Shown: piece by piece, positions 13,401-27,368 of the stretch | Numbering within the stretch: position 1 is the stretch's first letter | Layout of the letters: every line of letters starts with the position of its first letter | DNA from: Schmidtea nova | Lineage: Eukaryota | Direction: 5' to 3' | NCBI GenBank assembly: GCA_044892505.1 | Contig: CM097882.1 | Span: 216,008,001 to 216,072,000, forward strand | DNA: 64,000 bases | The notes under the pieces: model-generated | What the model saw: only the letters and a program-made list of their open reading frames with translations | Told to the model about the DNA's origin: nothing | The model's database searches: none | Program-made: the position numbers and the translations under genes

Positions 13401-16400
13401 ACGTGTTTTAAAGCTTATAGTGTTAAATACATGCAACTGAAATTTAAACATGTATGTAATGCATTTTCATAGTGTAGTACATATAGTATACTTCATAATT
13501 CATTACTAAATTATGATTTGTTGAATTAAACTGTGTTCTCATGTACATAGGCATTTTTAACCAAATCCTTAGTTATTCTAAAATCGGTTAAAAATAGAAC
13601 CTTCGGCATTTGATTAAAATATCATAATCAAAATACTTTTACAATGTAGAAATATGATCAACAATTTTTTGCATATTTCCCGAAAACGTGTGGAAAACAC
13701 AGAATCATGTATATATTCAATATGATAAATAAAACATGACAAAATAGTTAGTAAATTGCATAATTTGACCAACTTTATATTAAAATAATGTCCGTGAAAA
13801 TCGTGTAAACTTATAAGTTGATTAGCAATACTGCCGTTTTGTTAAGGTTTTATACACTGACATAAAATTTAACAATAATTCGCCATTCAAAGTTAAAGAA
13901 AACAGCAATAGAACTTTTTACTATGCATAAAAAACAGCATCATCTCCATTGTTTTAATATTTTTTTATTCATTTTGTTCGATTGTACCACAAAATTTACA
14001 AAAACTTACAAATTTTACTATAATATTGCTCGGTAGGATAACATATAAAAGTAAACTTTAAAAAGTAAATTTTAACATAAAAGTAAACTTTTATCTCAAT
14101 AACAGTGCGCATACTTCGGCCCTGTGGTTGATTATTGTTTGTAATTAGTGAAAGTATAAGCACTTAAATGTGACATTTAGTTAAAAAATCACTTTTCTGA
14201 CTATTTTTAAGTACTTGAAACAGTGATATGTTATAAAGAGCTCTCCAAGATTCGAATGAACACATTGTTAAAATATTTACAGGTAATGAATATAAATTAC
14301 CAAACAAGTTCACAATTATGTTGTGTTCAATTTAGGAAATAGATATGTATGTGTTTGAATAATATGCATCGATATCGATACAATAAATCATTACGCAATT
14401 TCCAAATCAGATAAGTATTACCACTTCTCGATGTATGCACACATACTTATCAAGTAGCATGCAATCAAAATCACGGGAAATCAACTACGAAATACATATT
14501 AATCTAGCCACTCTCATCTTAGTTGCATCAGAGTAAAAAAACATGTTATTTTCGTTTTACAGTACTTTCTATCAAACGACAAAAAATATCAAGTGTGACC
14601 TACAAATTGTCTGCTTATGGTAGATTCAATATGGAAATGGAGTAATATTATTATTATAGATTATGCAATTGGTAAGCAGAATACCGTTTAAAATCGGTTA
14701 TCCGGAAAAAGTTTTATATACTATTTCCAGCTTAAAGTTCGTATTGTAAAAATCAATGTTATTATTTATAAGTCACATTTTAAATTTTAAAAATTAATTT
14801 TTCAATTTCTAGAATGTAGTTAAATCTGCTTTTTTATTTGTTTTAGTTTTTAATCTGTATATGATGGAGAAACCAAAAAGAAAAATATTATTAAGGAAGA
14901 AGTAGACAAATGGATAAATCAAAATTATTTTTCGAACATTATATTTTGACAGATGATAATAAAACATTACATTAGTAAACAGTGATAATTCATTGAATGA
15001 CAATGAAATTGATCCTAATGAGGTGATTATTGAAGTGTGCGCACTCTAGTTTGGTTCTGGCTTTTATGATCAACTATTATCATTTTGAATGGTCAAGTCA
15101 ATTTTTTATTGTTAATCTCCAATGCAATGTCCCCTTTGTCTATGCTTGCATTTTTATTATTGTTTTTCAATAGTGGTGAAATAATAATAAAATTTTAAAA
15201 AATCAAAACTATAGGAATTGACTTGGAAATAAGAATTTTTAAAAAATAAATAACAAATACAAAAGTATGAAAAGAAAATAGAAACAAATAAGAAAAGTTT
15301 TAAAACCTAAAAAAATAAAGAGACAAAAAGAAAATATTCGGAACTTTAAAGAAACCGGAGTAAAATTATATTATCTACCTTAGGTGTTATGGAATATTAA
15401 TGTGAATAATTTCTATCGTGTTGTTATCCTTTCATAAATAAAAGTTATTACAATAATAGTTTTGTTAGTTTTCAGTTATTTGTTAATATAACAATTCTCA
15501 TCCACTATATTCACACGCACACATCAAGACATACACAACATTCACTCCAACAGTCCCGACACCCTTTTTACAGGAGACTCTGTTGGGCTCTTCAATCTTC
15601 CACAACAACAAACTCTTACATAATCATCATACACAAACACTAATAACATTACAATTATGATAATTAAATAAAACACGAACGGGCAAGATTGGCTTTAAAA
15701 TCAGTTATTTAAGAGCAACAAAATGTTTTGAAAAAATGAATATTTTGCAAGAAAAAATAATGTCAGATCAAGTAAACAAACGAAAATTACTGAATATTTA
15801 ATTAAAAAATAAAATATTTATTTTATTATTTATTTGTTACCTTCGGATTATCCGAAATATTTATTTTTTGCTACCCTGGCCAGTCAGGATAATCACGCAT
15901 TTACTGTTCTTGGCTTTTGATTTGAGTTTGGATTTTATTAAAGGAATAGTTTTTAAAGTAATAAAAGAGGCAATAAAATTATTTCATATCTGTATCTAAG
16001 AAATAAATATAAGAACGAGTTAATGAGAGCAACAAAGTACTTTAAGAATGATATTTTACGGACGTCCGGGATTTAATTCAGTAATTGAAATTTAAAATGA
16101 ATACCGTAAATTCCGGACTATAAGTAAGACATATTTTACAAAATGACATATATAGAGCGGTTCTTTGTTATAAATGCTATAAACTGCTTTTAAACATATT
16201 CGATTTATTTTATTATAGAAATTTTCCTTTAATATTTTCAATCAATTTAATTTATTCTTTATAATCAGTTATTAAATTTAACCCATGTCTCACCAAAAGC
16301 AACACGACAATGATTTAATCAGAAAATACACAATAATATATAAAAAATTCTTTATCGGCTCAATAAGACATTATAGTGTAATATATGTAACACTATTGTG

Positions 16401-19400
16401 GATTTCAAGAAATTTAATGTTGATGCGCACTAGGGTGGTCCTTATTTTTGAAGTTGTTATTTATGATTGTCTGACCCTCTCATGTTGTTTCATATTATAA
16501 GAAACAAAATTGGGCAAAATATGAGCACAATTGAACAATATTTAAAGGATTACTGTTCTTGGCTTTTGATTTGAGTTTGGATTTTATTAAAGGAATAGTT
16601 TTTAAAGTAATAAAAGAGGCAATAAAATTATTTCATATCTGTATCTAAGAAATAAATATAAGAACGAGTTAATGAGAGCAACAAAGTACTTTAAGAATGA
16701 TATTTTACGGACGTCCGGGATTTAATTCAGTAATTGAAATTTAAAATGAATACCGTAAATTCCGGACTATAAGTAAGACATATTTTACAAAATGACATAT
16801 ATAGAGCGGTTCTTTGTTATAAATGCTATAAACTGCTTTTAAACATATTCGATTTATTTTATTATAGAAATTTTCCTTTAATATTTTCAATCAATTTAAT
16901 TTATTCTTTATAATCAGTTATTAAATTTAACCCATGTCTCACCAAAAGCAACACGACAATGATTTAATCAGAAAATACACAATAATATATAAAAAATTCT
17001 TTATCGGCTCAATAAGACATTATAGTGTAATATATGTAACACTATTGTGGATTTCAAGAAATTTAATGTTGATGCGCACTAGGGTGGTCCTTATTTTTGA
17101 AGTTGTTATTTATGATTGTCTGACCCTCTCATGTTGTTTCATATTATAAGAAACAAAATTGGGCAAAATATGAGCACAATTGAACAATATTTAAAGGATT
17201 ACTGTTCTTGGCTTTTGATTTGAGTTTGGATTTTATTAAAGGAATAGTTTTTAAAGTAATAAAAGAGGCAATAAAATTATTTCATATCTGTATCTAAGAA
17301 ATAAATATAAGAACGAGTTAATGAGAGCAACAAAGTACTTTAAGAATGATATTTTACGGACGTCCGGGATTTAATTCAGTAATTGAAATTTAAAATGAAT
17401 ACCGTAAATTCCGGACTATAAGTAAGACATATTTTACAAAATGACATATATAGAGCGGTTCTTTGTTATAAATGCTATAAACTGCTTTTAAACATATTCG
17501 ATTTATTTTATTATAGAAATTTTCCTTTAATATTTTCAATCAATTTAATTTATTCTTTATAATCAGTTATTAAATTTAACCCATGTCTCACCAAAAGCAA
17601 CACGACAATGATTTAATCAGAAAATACACAATAATATATAAAAAATTCTTTATCGGCTCAATAAGACATTATAGTGTAATATATGCAACACTATTGTGGA
17701 TTTCAAGAAATTTAATGTTGATGCGCACTAGGGTGGTCCTTATTTTTGAAGTTGTTATTTATGATTGTCTGACCCTCTCATGTTGTTTCATATTATAAGA
17801 AACAAAATTGGGCAAAATATGAGCACAATTGAACAATATTTAAAGGATTACTGTTCTTGGCTTTTGATTTGAGTTTGGATTTTATTAAAGGAATAGTTTT
17901 TAAAGTAATAAAAGAGGCAATAAAATTATTTCATATCTGTATCTAAGAAATAAATATAAGAACGAGTTAATGAGAGCAACAAAGTACTTTAAGAATGATA
18001 TTTTACGGACGTCCGGGATTTAATTCAGTAATTGAAATTTAAAATGAATACCGTAAATTCCGGACTATAAGTAAGACATATTTTACAAAATGACATATAT
18101 AGAGCGGTTCTTTGTTATAAATGCTATAAACTGCTTTTAAACATATTCGATTTATTTTATTATAGAAATTTTCCTTTAATATTTTCAATCAATTTAATTT
18201 ATTCTTTATAATCAGTTATTAAATTTAACCCATGTCTCACCAAAAGCAACACGACAATGATTTAATCAGAAAATACACAATAATATATAAAAAATTCTTT
18301 ATCGGCTCAATAAGACATTATAGTGTAATATATGTAACACTATTGTGGATTTCAAGAAATTTAATGTTGATGCGCACTAGGGTGGTCCTTATTTTTGAAG
18401 TTGTTATTTATGATTGTCTGACCCTCTCATGTTGTTTCATATTATAAGAAACAAAATTGGGCAAAATATGAGCACAATTGAACAATATTTAAAGGTAGCT
18501 CAATGAAGTTGAAGTTTATATGATAAAGCACTATGTTCGACGTTGTTCTTATTGAACTATTTACGTAAGTATTATATGTATTTCACTGTGTATTTTTTTT
18601 ACCTTACAATAACATTTGTTGAAACGAAACTGCAAAGAAATCTCAGATTTCAATAAAGCTCTAATTATTCTATGAATTTTTTAGTCTTATTTAAATAAAA
18701 AAAATGCAATCTTGAATCAAAAATGGTCAATTTTTTAATAAAAAAATAATAAATTGTTGTTCTTTTATTCGATGTTTTTTAAACGTGGCCCATGCGATTT
18801 TTTTGTGTTTTTATGTGGCCCACCGATAAAGAAATTGCTCATCCCTGTAATAGATAATTTTCTTGCTCATTTGATACATAACTGTTCTATTCACACACGT
18901 GCATCATATGAAAATATTGACAAATTAATTGGAATATTAAAAGCATTGACAATAAAAAACAAAGAAAGGCAAAAGTTATTTTCTGAAATTGGCAGTCTAT
19001 CTTCAGTAATTTAGACCAATCTTTCCAAAGTAAAACTAATTGTATACAATATTAGAGATGATGGTGCACTTGTAAGCAAGGCAAAAGAGGCATTATTAGA
19101 AACTAATTAAACGCATGATTTGGTGGTGGTTAAAAAGTTCTATGAAGATCTTATACGGATAATCTACTTGATAATCTAGAACAATGTTTCTCAACCTTTT
19201 TGACTTTCAGTCCCACATTTTTTGTTCGCAAAAATCCCAGGCCCACTTTCACATTAAAAGACACGATTTTTAAGAAATGTAACTTTATTTAACGTTCAAT
19301 GACTTCCTTGATATTGATGGCGCCCAACCAAAGTGTCCAGTTCAATCTTAAGTGATTGGTTTAGTCTAAGGCGTAGATCTCCTCGAAGCTCAATGTTTAA

Positions 19401-22400
19401 CAAATCTTTTCGTTTTGATAGTACGTCAGAAACGGCAGAAAATCCGGCTTCAACCAACTATGTAGTTGGGAATGCAAGCAAAAAATGCGACACTTCTTTA
19501 TAAAGCAACGGATGCGTGGATTTCACTTGTACCCAGGCAATTAAACCTTGTTTATTTATTTTTTACATTTGCATATGGTTATCCTTCAAATCAATGATTT
19601 CAGACAGTTTTTCTTTCCATACTCCAAAATTTAATAATATTTCAAAAATTAAATTTTTCGGGCCCACCACGGGCCCAATTCATTCTCCAGGCCCACAATA
19701 TTTTTACTCAAGCCCACATGTGGGCCGTGGGGCCCACGTTGAGAAACACTGATTTAGAACAAAGCCAATATAATATTTCGGCCGCTTATGAAGAAATTAA
19801 AAAGATGAATTTAAAACATGATCATCTCGGAATAAAGTTATTTTTTAACACGATTATTAAATCAATATGCGAATTCGACAACGAAATTTTAGATCCAGTC
19901 ATTTATGCTTTTTTGAGAAATTGTCCTCCAACATCGATAGTAGTGGAAAGGAAATTTTCCATTCTGAAGAAAATATTGGAGGTAGGCAGAAAATTCTACG
20001 TTAAAAAAGTGACAAATTATAAAAATGTATATTATAACGTAAAAGTGAATGAGACAAAGGAGGAAAGTTTACAGAAAGAAGATTAATAGTATATTTAAAA
20101 ATAAATAAATATTTTTTACTAAATTAAATGTTAATATTTATTGTTTAAAATGTTCTTTTTCCGAAAGTAAGAGCTATAAATAAACGGTCCTAATTACATA
20201 TTAAATTTTTCAGAAATTAATAATGTTTAAATTAATTTGTCGATGTCGTGTATATATTAATCGATTTCAAAATCAATAATTGCTAAATTAAATATTCAAC
20301 AAAAATAACATTAATTTTGTCTGTCAATATTTTATTAAAAATTAATTAACCTTTTGATTATTAAATTCCTATTCAGTCTGTACCAGAATATTGTCAAGTA
20401 AATTATTTTATCGAAATATCCATCAACAAAGCCGGACAATGTAATATATTGCGACATTGAAATTTCAGGTTTGAGGATTTGCCAAAAATAATGATAACAG
20501 TACAGCAAGTTGACATTTCTCAAATAATGATAGGCAAGTTTGAAATTGAAGAAAAGAAGGATGAAAATTGCATTAAATTATTAACTGTGGATTATATTCA
20601 CTATTTTTATAAAAAAGAGGTGTCTTAACTTTAGGGCAATGTTATATAAATGATTTTGATTTGTTTAGTTTAATAATCAGCGCATAAAAGATCAATGGTT
20701 TCATCAAAAATTATCAATAATGGAAATTTTTTAAATAAAAAATAAAATAAAAAGAAATAAAAAATCAAGGAAAAAATTAACTAAACAAAAAATTAAATAA
20801 CTAATTAACCGAAAATCAACCATTTTACTTGAAATTTTGCAATTTTAATCCTAATAAATTGTAATAAATTAAATTAAATTAAAATTTTTATTCTTCGTCA
20901 CCTTTGATCTTTTTTCTATTTGATTTATTTTCATTTTTATCAAACAATCGATCAAAAATATTTCGCTGCTATTAAACAGTTTTCAGCACTGTCTTTTAAA
21001 AATGTCAATATTAATACGCGAAAAAAGATACCACCGAAACTTTGTTATGATTCGAAGAAAAAAAACTTTTTTTGATATATTATCTGAAAAAAATAAAAAT
21101 AAATCATAATTGAATGTACAAATATAGTCATGTTGATTAATAAGATTTATCTACCGCAAGTGCCAAATATTTCAATATCAAATTCAATTTTAAATTTAAG
21201 AAAGTGCGACAAAATTCAATTTGAAGATTACGTTCTTCAAAAGCCAAATTATCGGCAAATCAATCAACTCTCTAAAAAAATACAAAATAAACTGTGCAAA
21301 AAAAGTTTCACAACGTCAATTCATTATAATATCAAGTAGATCATTTTCACATGCGAGAAACAATATCAGTCGGTTAGTGATAAATTTGCAGCAAAAATAT
21401 TTACGTCTAACAAATTCAACTAAACAAAAAGAGCAATAGTACAATATACGAAGGCGATATAAAAATTATAGAAACATTTCACCTGCAAAGTTTCATAAAA
21501 ACTTACAATTGGAAACTGGAAAATAAATGTTGATATTTTAATGAGAATAATCATGATCAAAATAAAAACTTCAAAAAAATTATTGCTTACGTCGGTTTTC
21601 CCTGTTGATATTGACGTCGATGCTAAACTAACAGAATCAACGCCGATCTCGTCTTCGTTCATCATCGGTTGTTTATTCATGTCGAAATCGGCTTTGTCGC
21701 TGTTGGAGTTTGACACGTCTGGGTGAAATGTTTGATAAAATTAAATATCCTAATCGGTTTACCATTGGTTTTCTGATATTGTTTAAAATACCAATAGTAT
21801 TGCCGCAGAACCCAGACTCTAATCGCTCTATCATAGCCAGCAGTCGCCTGAGAAAAACCAAAAACATTTAATAAATTAAAAATTTCACTTTGTAACCTAA
21901 ATCCATATTTATGTATATTCTAATCAAGTTTTAATTGGGGTTTCTAAGTTTCGATTTTATTTGGCAATTATGGGAACCATATAACAAAATTGGTCTCGGT
22001 CAGCAGTTTTGTTATTAGATCCCAATATCTGAGCACTCCGCCAAAAGACGCGTCTAATGGCACAATAACGAGGGAAATCGAGTTTCTTATGTGAAAGCGA
22101 TGTGAGGAAAATAATTTCAAAACAAATTTTCCGTCAGAAATCACTTCGAATATCTTATTAAAATTTAATTTTAACACTAAATCATTTGAACACAAAAACC
22201 ATTATGAATTTTTATTAAAACCGTGGTGAAAATTATAATAATTCCTTTTACCTTCATTTAATTTAAAAAGTATAGATAAATATAATAAAAATATCTACAG
22301 ACAATGCTCTTACAATCAAGTGCATTCAAAAATCAATTAATGAAGAGAAAAATAGTCCTAAAAAAGGACAAAAATTGTATGATTTTAATTATATTATTTT

Positions 22401-22401
22401 G

Positions 22402-22440
<39 letters not shown>

Positions 22441-25400
22441 TTTTTTTGACCCACGAACAACATTTTACAGGAACTTATCTGGCGTATAAGTAGGTAAAAG
22501 TAAGCTCATGATGACTCATCATTTTTTCAAAATTTTTCTAAGCCCGAAAATACAAATAATGTAAGTCAAAGTCAACTCATGTTACTATGGTTACTTTATA
22601 AAGGGTTTTATAGATGGTCAAAACCTTCAAATTTTAAATTTTGGTATCATTCAATAGAAAATAATGTACTGATTACAATGGTGATGGTCAAACCATCAAG
22701 GGTTGAACCATGGTGAGTCGAAAACCTTCAGAGTCAAAATTTTCAAAAATTATTTCTAGTGTGTATTGGTATAAATTTTTGTAATGTGTGATAATGATAT
22801 TTTCAATGGTTTTCAATGGGTCAAAGCGTCGAAAAATTTATTTTTGACAAACTTATTTCAAAAGACATTTATGACGGAGTCTAAAGGCGTCATGGGTTCT
22901 TAGGTATACAAATGTCCAAGGTCAAAAAAATAAAAAAAATCATATTTCAAATTCTTTCTCAAATTTCTTAACAATGTCCAATTTCAGATATTTATACATA
23001 TATTGCAAGAGAATCAAATTCCCTAAAAATGATATATGATTTATTGCAGTAGTACTTAAGATATTAGAAAATCAAAATTCCTAAATTTTTAAAAAATTTC
23101 AAATCTTAAAAAATTAATTGAAACTTTTCTACAAATCGAATTTTAAAAATTTATATATCGTTTAAAAAGAGGAAAACTTTCTCTATAAAGTGATCTAAAC
23201 TTAAATTTTTAAAAATTTAAATACTGAAAAAAAATTTTTAATTTACTGATTTAAAAAAAAATAAATACTTATCCGATCACAATAATTTATATATTTTTGG
23301 TATAAACAAAAATTTCTCTACAAAATAATATATGAATCAGTGTATTTGCGAATAAAAACTAAAACATTATTATTATTAATATCAATATCAATAATTCCCA
23401 TAATGGATGACTATAGATCAAAATTTCTTTAAACAAGTACACAATATTTCGGCACAGCCTTTATCAAGTGCGTATTTGATAAAGGCTGTGCTGAAATATT
23501 GTGTTATTGTTTAAAGAAATTTAATTCTTACCATTATGGGAATTATTGATATTAATATTAAAAGATCAAAAGTGAAACAAAAAGATAATTATTATATTAT
23601 TATTATTATTATTTTTTTCATTTCGATGTCTTTGTACACCTTTCACTTTTATTACAATGTCTCTATGAGTGTCTCTATGCAGCTGTTTTGAAATGTCTTT
23701 GTACGCTTTGCATTTGTACTACAATATCTTTGTGACTCTTCTACTTGCGTTACCTATGTCGAATAAGTACAAAAAATTTATTGTATTATTTATTTAAATA
23801 TATCTTATTAAAGTTTCTATAATATTGTCCAACCAGTCTCAAAAATTAATGGATGTATCAATGAAAATTCTGATTTAACAAACATCGTCATATTTTCATC
23901 ATTTTCGAAATATCTTTTTCAATGTATATTTATTAAAATCACTGTATTTTTTGTGAAATTTTCAATATGATATTTGTTTATGTATGACAGAAAAATAGGT
24001 AGCAGTTATTTTGTATGCATATTTAATAAAAATAATAGCTTCAATAACCTTTTCAATGAAATATTTGGTTTATATTACCATTAGAAAACATGATTATTTT
24101 TATCTAAAATATAATAATAATTTTGTATATATTCATTTCATTTTTTTTTGTTTCTTTGTATCTGACAGTGAGTTTTGAAAACTTGTTGGAAATATTTTTT
24201 TTTTGTATTTTTTAGTTAATTTTTAAAAACTTTTGCAAAGTCATTTGTGATGTTAGAAATATTTATTTTATTTCTATTTAATAAGAGAGGTTGATGATGT
24301 CACATTTTATATTTTTATTGTAATTTTAAATATATTATTGACATAAAAAAATATTTAAAGTCTCGATGTTATCTGGAAATCTGTTATCAATTGAAGTGTA
24401 ATTTAACAAATATTCACAAGTACATTTTATCAGAATTTAAAAATATAATTTGTAAATACAAGTGCTTTTTATTTCAATAAACAAAGCAACTAAAGTTTCA
24501 TATATCAAAAATTAATTATTATATTGTTCACATCATAACGACAATAAATTTGTATAGTATTAAAAAATAATAATAATATAACCATACCAGTAACTTTCCA
24601 CAGGGAGAAAACCTCATTGCCCAAATGGCGCCCTGAAAAATAATATTTTTTATCATTAGCAATTATAATTCTATAAAGATTTTTCGATCATTTTTATTAT
24701 AATAAATATTATTTCAAAATTTACTGTATGTTCATCTTTCATTTCCTGTACTAACTTAATCTGTAAAAAATCCCGGCGACCTTTCATTCGCCTAGAAGAC
24801 CGTAACTAAGAGATAGAAAAAAGGGAAGTTAACTTAATGAAATGAAACTAGAAATTTGAAAAATTTACTCTAATGCCTCGATTTCCGACAAATTCTTCAT
24901 CTTCACTTGACGATTCTTCGTCTTGATTGAAAACTAATTGCAAATACATAGATTAAATTTAATGTATAATCCAATATAAATTATCTTTGATGTTTACGTA
25001 ATATTTGAATGAAATAATTTTCTATATTTTTTAATAATTACATGCAATATTTTATAGTGGAAAATAATAAATTATTCCCCTTGAAATAATCCCATGTCAA
25101 TGGTAATATAGATCAATAGCAGTAAGATCAAGAATTTATTCATTGACCAAAAGAATCTAATACACATTGAAAATATTTCAACAGATATAAACGTGATAGT
25201 CGAAAAATAAGAAAACAATTCAAAAAAATTGAGTTAAAATTATAAAGAGTTCCATAAAAATTTCATTTTTCTTGAGTTTTATTCAAAAGATTAAAAATTA
25301 ATTTCATCAACGTGCAAAGTTTTATTTTTAACAAAATAATATTACATACCATTCAATACAAATCAGAACATGAAATAAAGTTGGGTGATTATTTAAAGAT

Positions 25401-27305
25401 AGGCAATCACTTTGAGAACTACGAACTTAGTAAATTTCTTAAATTACTCAGGAGTAAAAGTTGCAAAAAAAAACTTGGATTTTTCCTCTATTAAATCTTT
25501 ATTAGACGTCTCCGAACGCCTAAAGTTCATGAAGATGTACCGATCATTTAAATTTAGGTAAGGAGAACAAGGATGCTGTAGGAGTAGGTTGATAACCTTT
25601 TCCTTTCTTTCAATCACCCTTAAACTGTCCTCGTGATATACTAAAGAGAATTATCGTGCATGAGAAAATGGTTCGCGACATGAAAGTGTCTAAACAATTT
25701 TGATAGGAAATCCTCATTATTTTCGGTATTTTCCATGGAGAAGAACCTCAAATTTTGCGGTCATTAATCATTGAGATGTTTTGTGACACAATACTTTTGG
25801 CAACAGCTATTCTGTCATCTCAAGCATTAACCCACACTCTAATGGGTGGCAAAGATGGTAAACATCGTGAATATGTCCACTTCTAGTGTGTAACGAACAA
25901 TGTTATTCCAATATTTACTATTCATCAAAACTCGTCGAATTTCTTGGTATTCTGAAACGCGATTTTGCTTGAGTGTTGCTCAAGTCATATGAAATTTATT
26001 TGTCTTGGACACGGATATGTTGATGTTCTTGGGTCAGAATGCGTTGAATAATAGACTTGGTGATGTAAGTGAGTGTCTTTCATATTTTCTTGAGTTGCAA
26101 ATGTTTGTAGTCCTACAGAATCTTGCCACCTGAATAAATCAGATTTGCCATCATAAAATTTTATTCACGATTTTTTTACACTCTTCTGACAGTAATTGTG
26201 TCTCCCCAGGGGTTTCCTATAAAGCAATAAATGTCGGTAACTCCAAAATAATTGTTTGTTATAATGAAAAACTTCTTTTTATCAAGTGTAATTTTTTACT
26301 CCCAGGATCCTGCTGTTAGTGAAAATTAATAAAGGATAAACTTAAATTCGATAATTTATTCAAATTTCCAATAATTTCGATAAAATTAAATTTCTTCCAA
26401 TTTCAAGCTATCGTTCTATAACAAAAATCAATAAATGAAAAAATTTTAGAACCCTTGAACTTCAATGAACACAATGTGAAATAAAAAAATAAATTGTAAT
26501 TTAGAAAGAAAATAGAGACAGTTATGATAATTATATAGTTAACATTCTTTTGCGGGTATTAGCTGTATTTCAATATGTAGATATATAGTATTAGTATAAT
26601 TTAAATCAGTGTTAAATCGGGAGCTGTAAAATATTGGAAAATTTAACGAGGATCCGTAGTTTATACGAGTAGATGAAAAACAAGAATTAACAAATTATTA
26701 AACAGTATGAAACACTAAATACGACATCATAAAAGCGATAACAAGTGTTAATGTTTTAAAAAAGGAATTATTTATTATTATGAACATGGCAAATTTCAAT
26801 ATATTTTTGCGATCAAAAACTGGTTTACAGACTAGCAACTGAGAAACACTGATCTACTTCAACAGTGGATGTGTGTAAAAATCAGTGATTTTATTATTAA
26901 CGACAACTACTTGGCATATGTTAATAAATTTTGATCACAAATTACTCATAAAAATTTGATTCAAAACATTATATATGGTAAGCAGTGTTCGTTTATATCT
27001 TTTAATATATAATTCACAAGAAAATTGTTGAATGCAATTAAAATTATGCCAAATTATTGTAAGTCGAAATATTTTTTAATATTTATATGACAACGATTTA
27101 ATAATTGAGAAACACCAACTAAATATATTCAACATAAACGCTATATATTTCGATCGAATATCAGTCTTCATGTCAGCAATCAAGTAAACAAATATAATTA
27201 GAAAATAAGAAATATTCGAACAAATTAATCAATAATACTCATCTTAAAATTGTATCAATATTCATTATTTAGAATTTTAATTTTATAATTTAATTTTTAT
27301 ACTAC

Positions 27306-27368
<63 letters not shown>

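Noticed and set aside
16285-18447. Four identical 71-aa ORFs
   Set aside because: By-product of the 649-bp tandem array. AT-rich codons and no recognisable domain.
21968-22195. GGVLRYWDL looked like a WD40 exon
   Set aside because: WDR44 splices in phase from 24588 directly to 21847 (KLL|ATAGYD), leaving no room for it.
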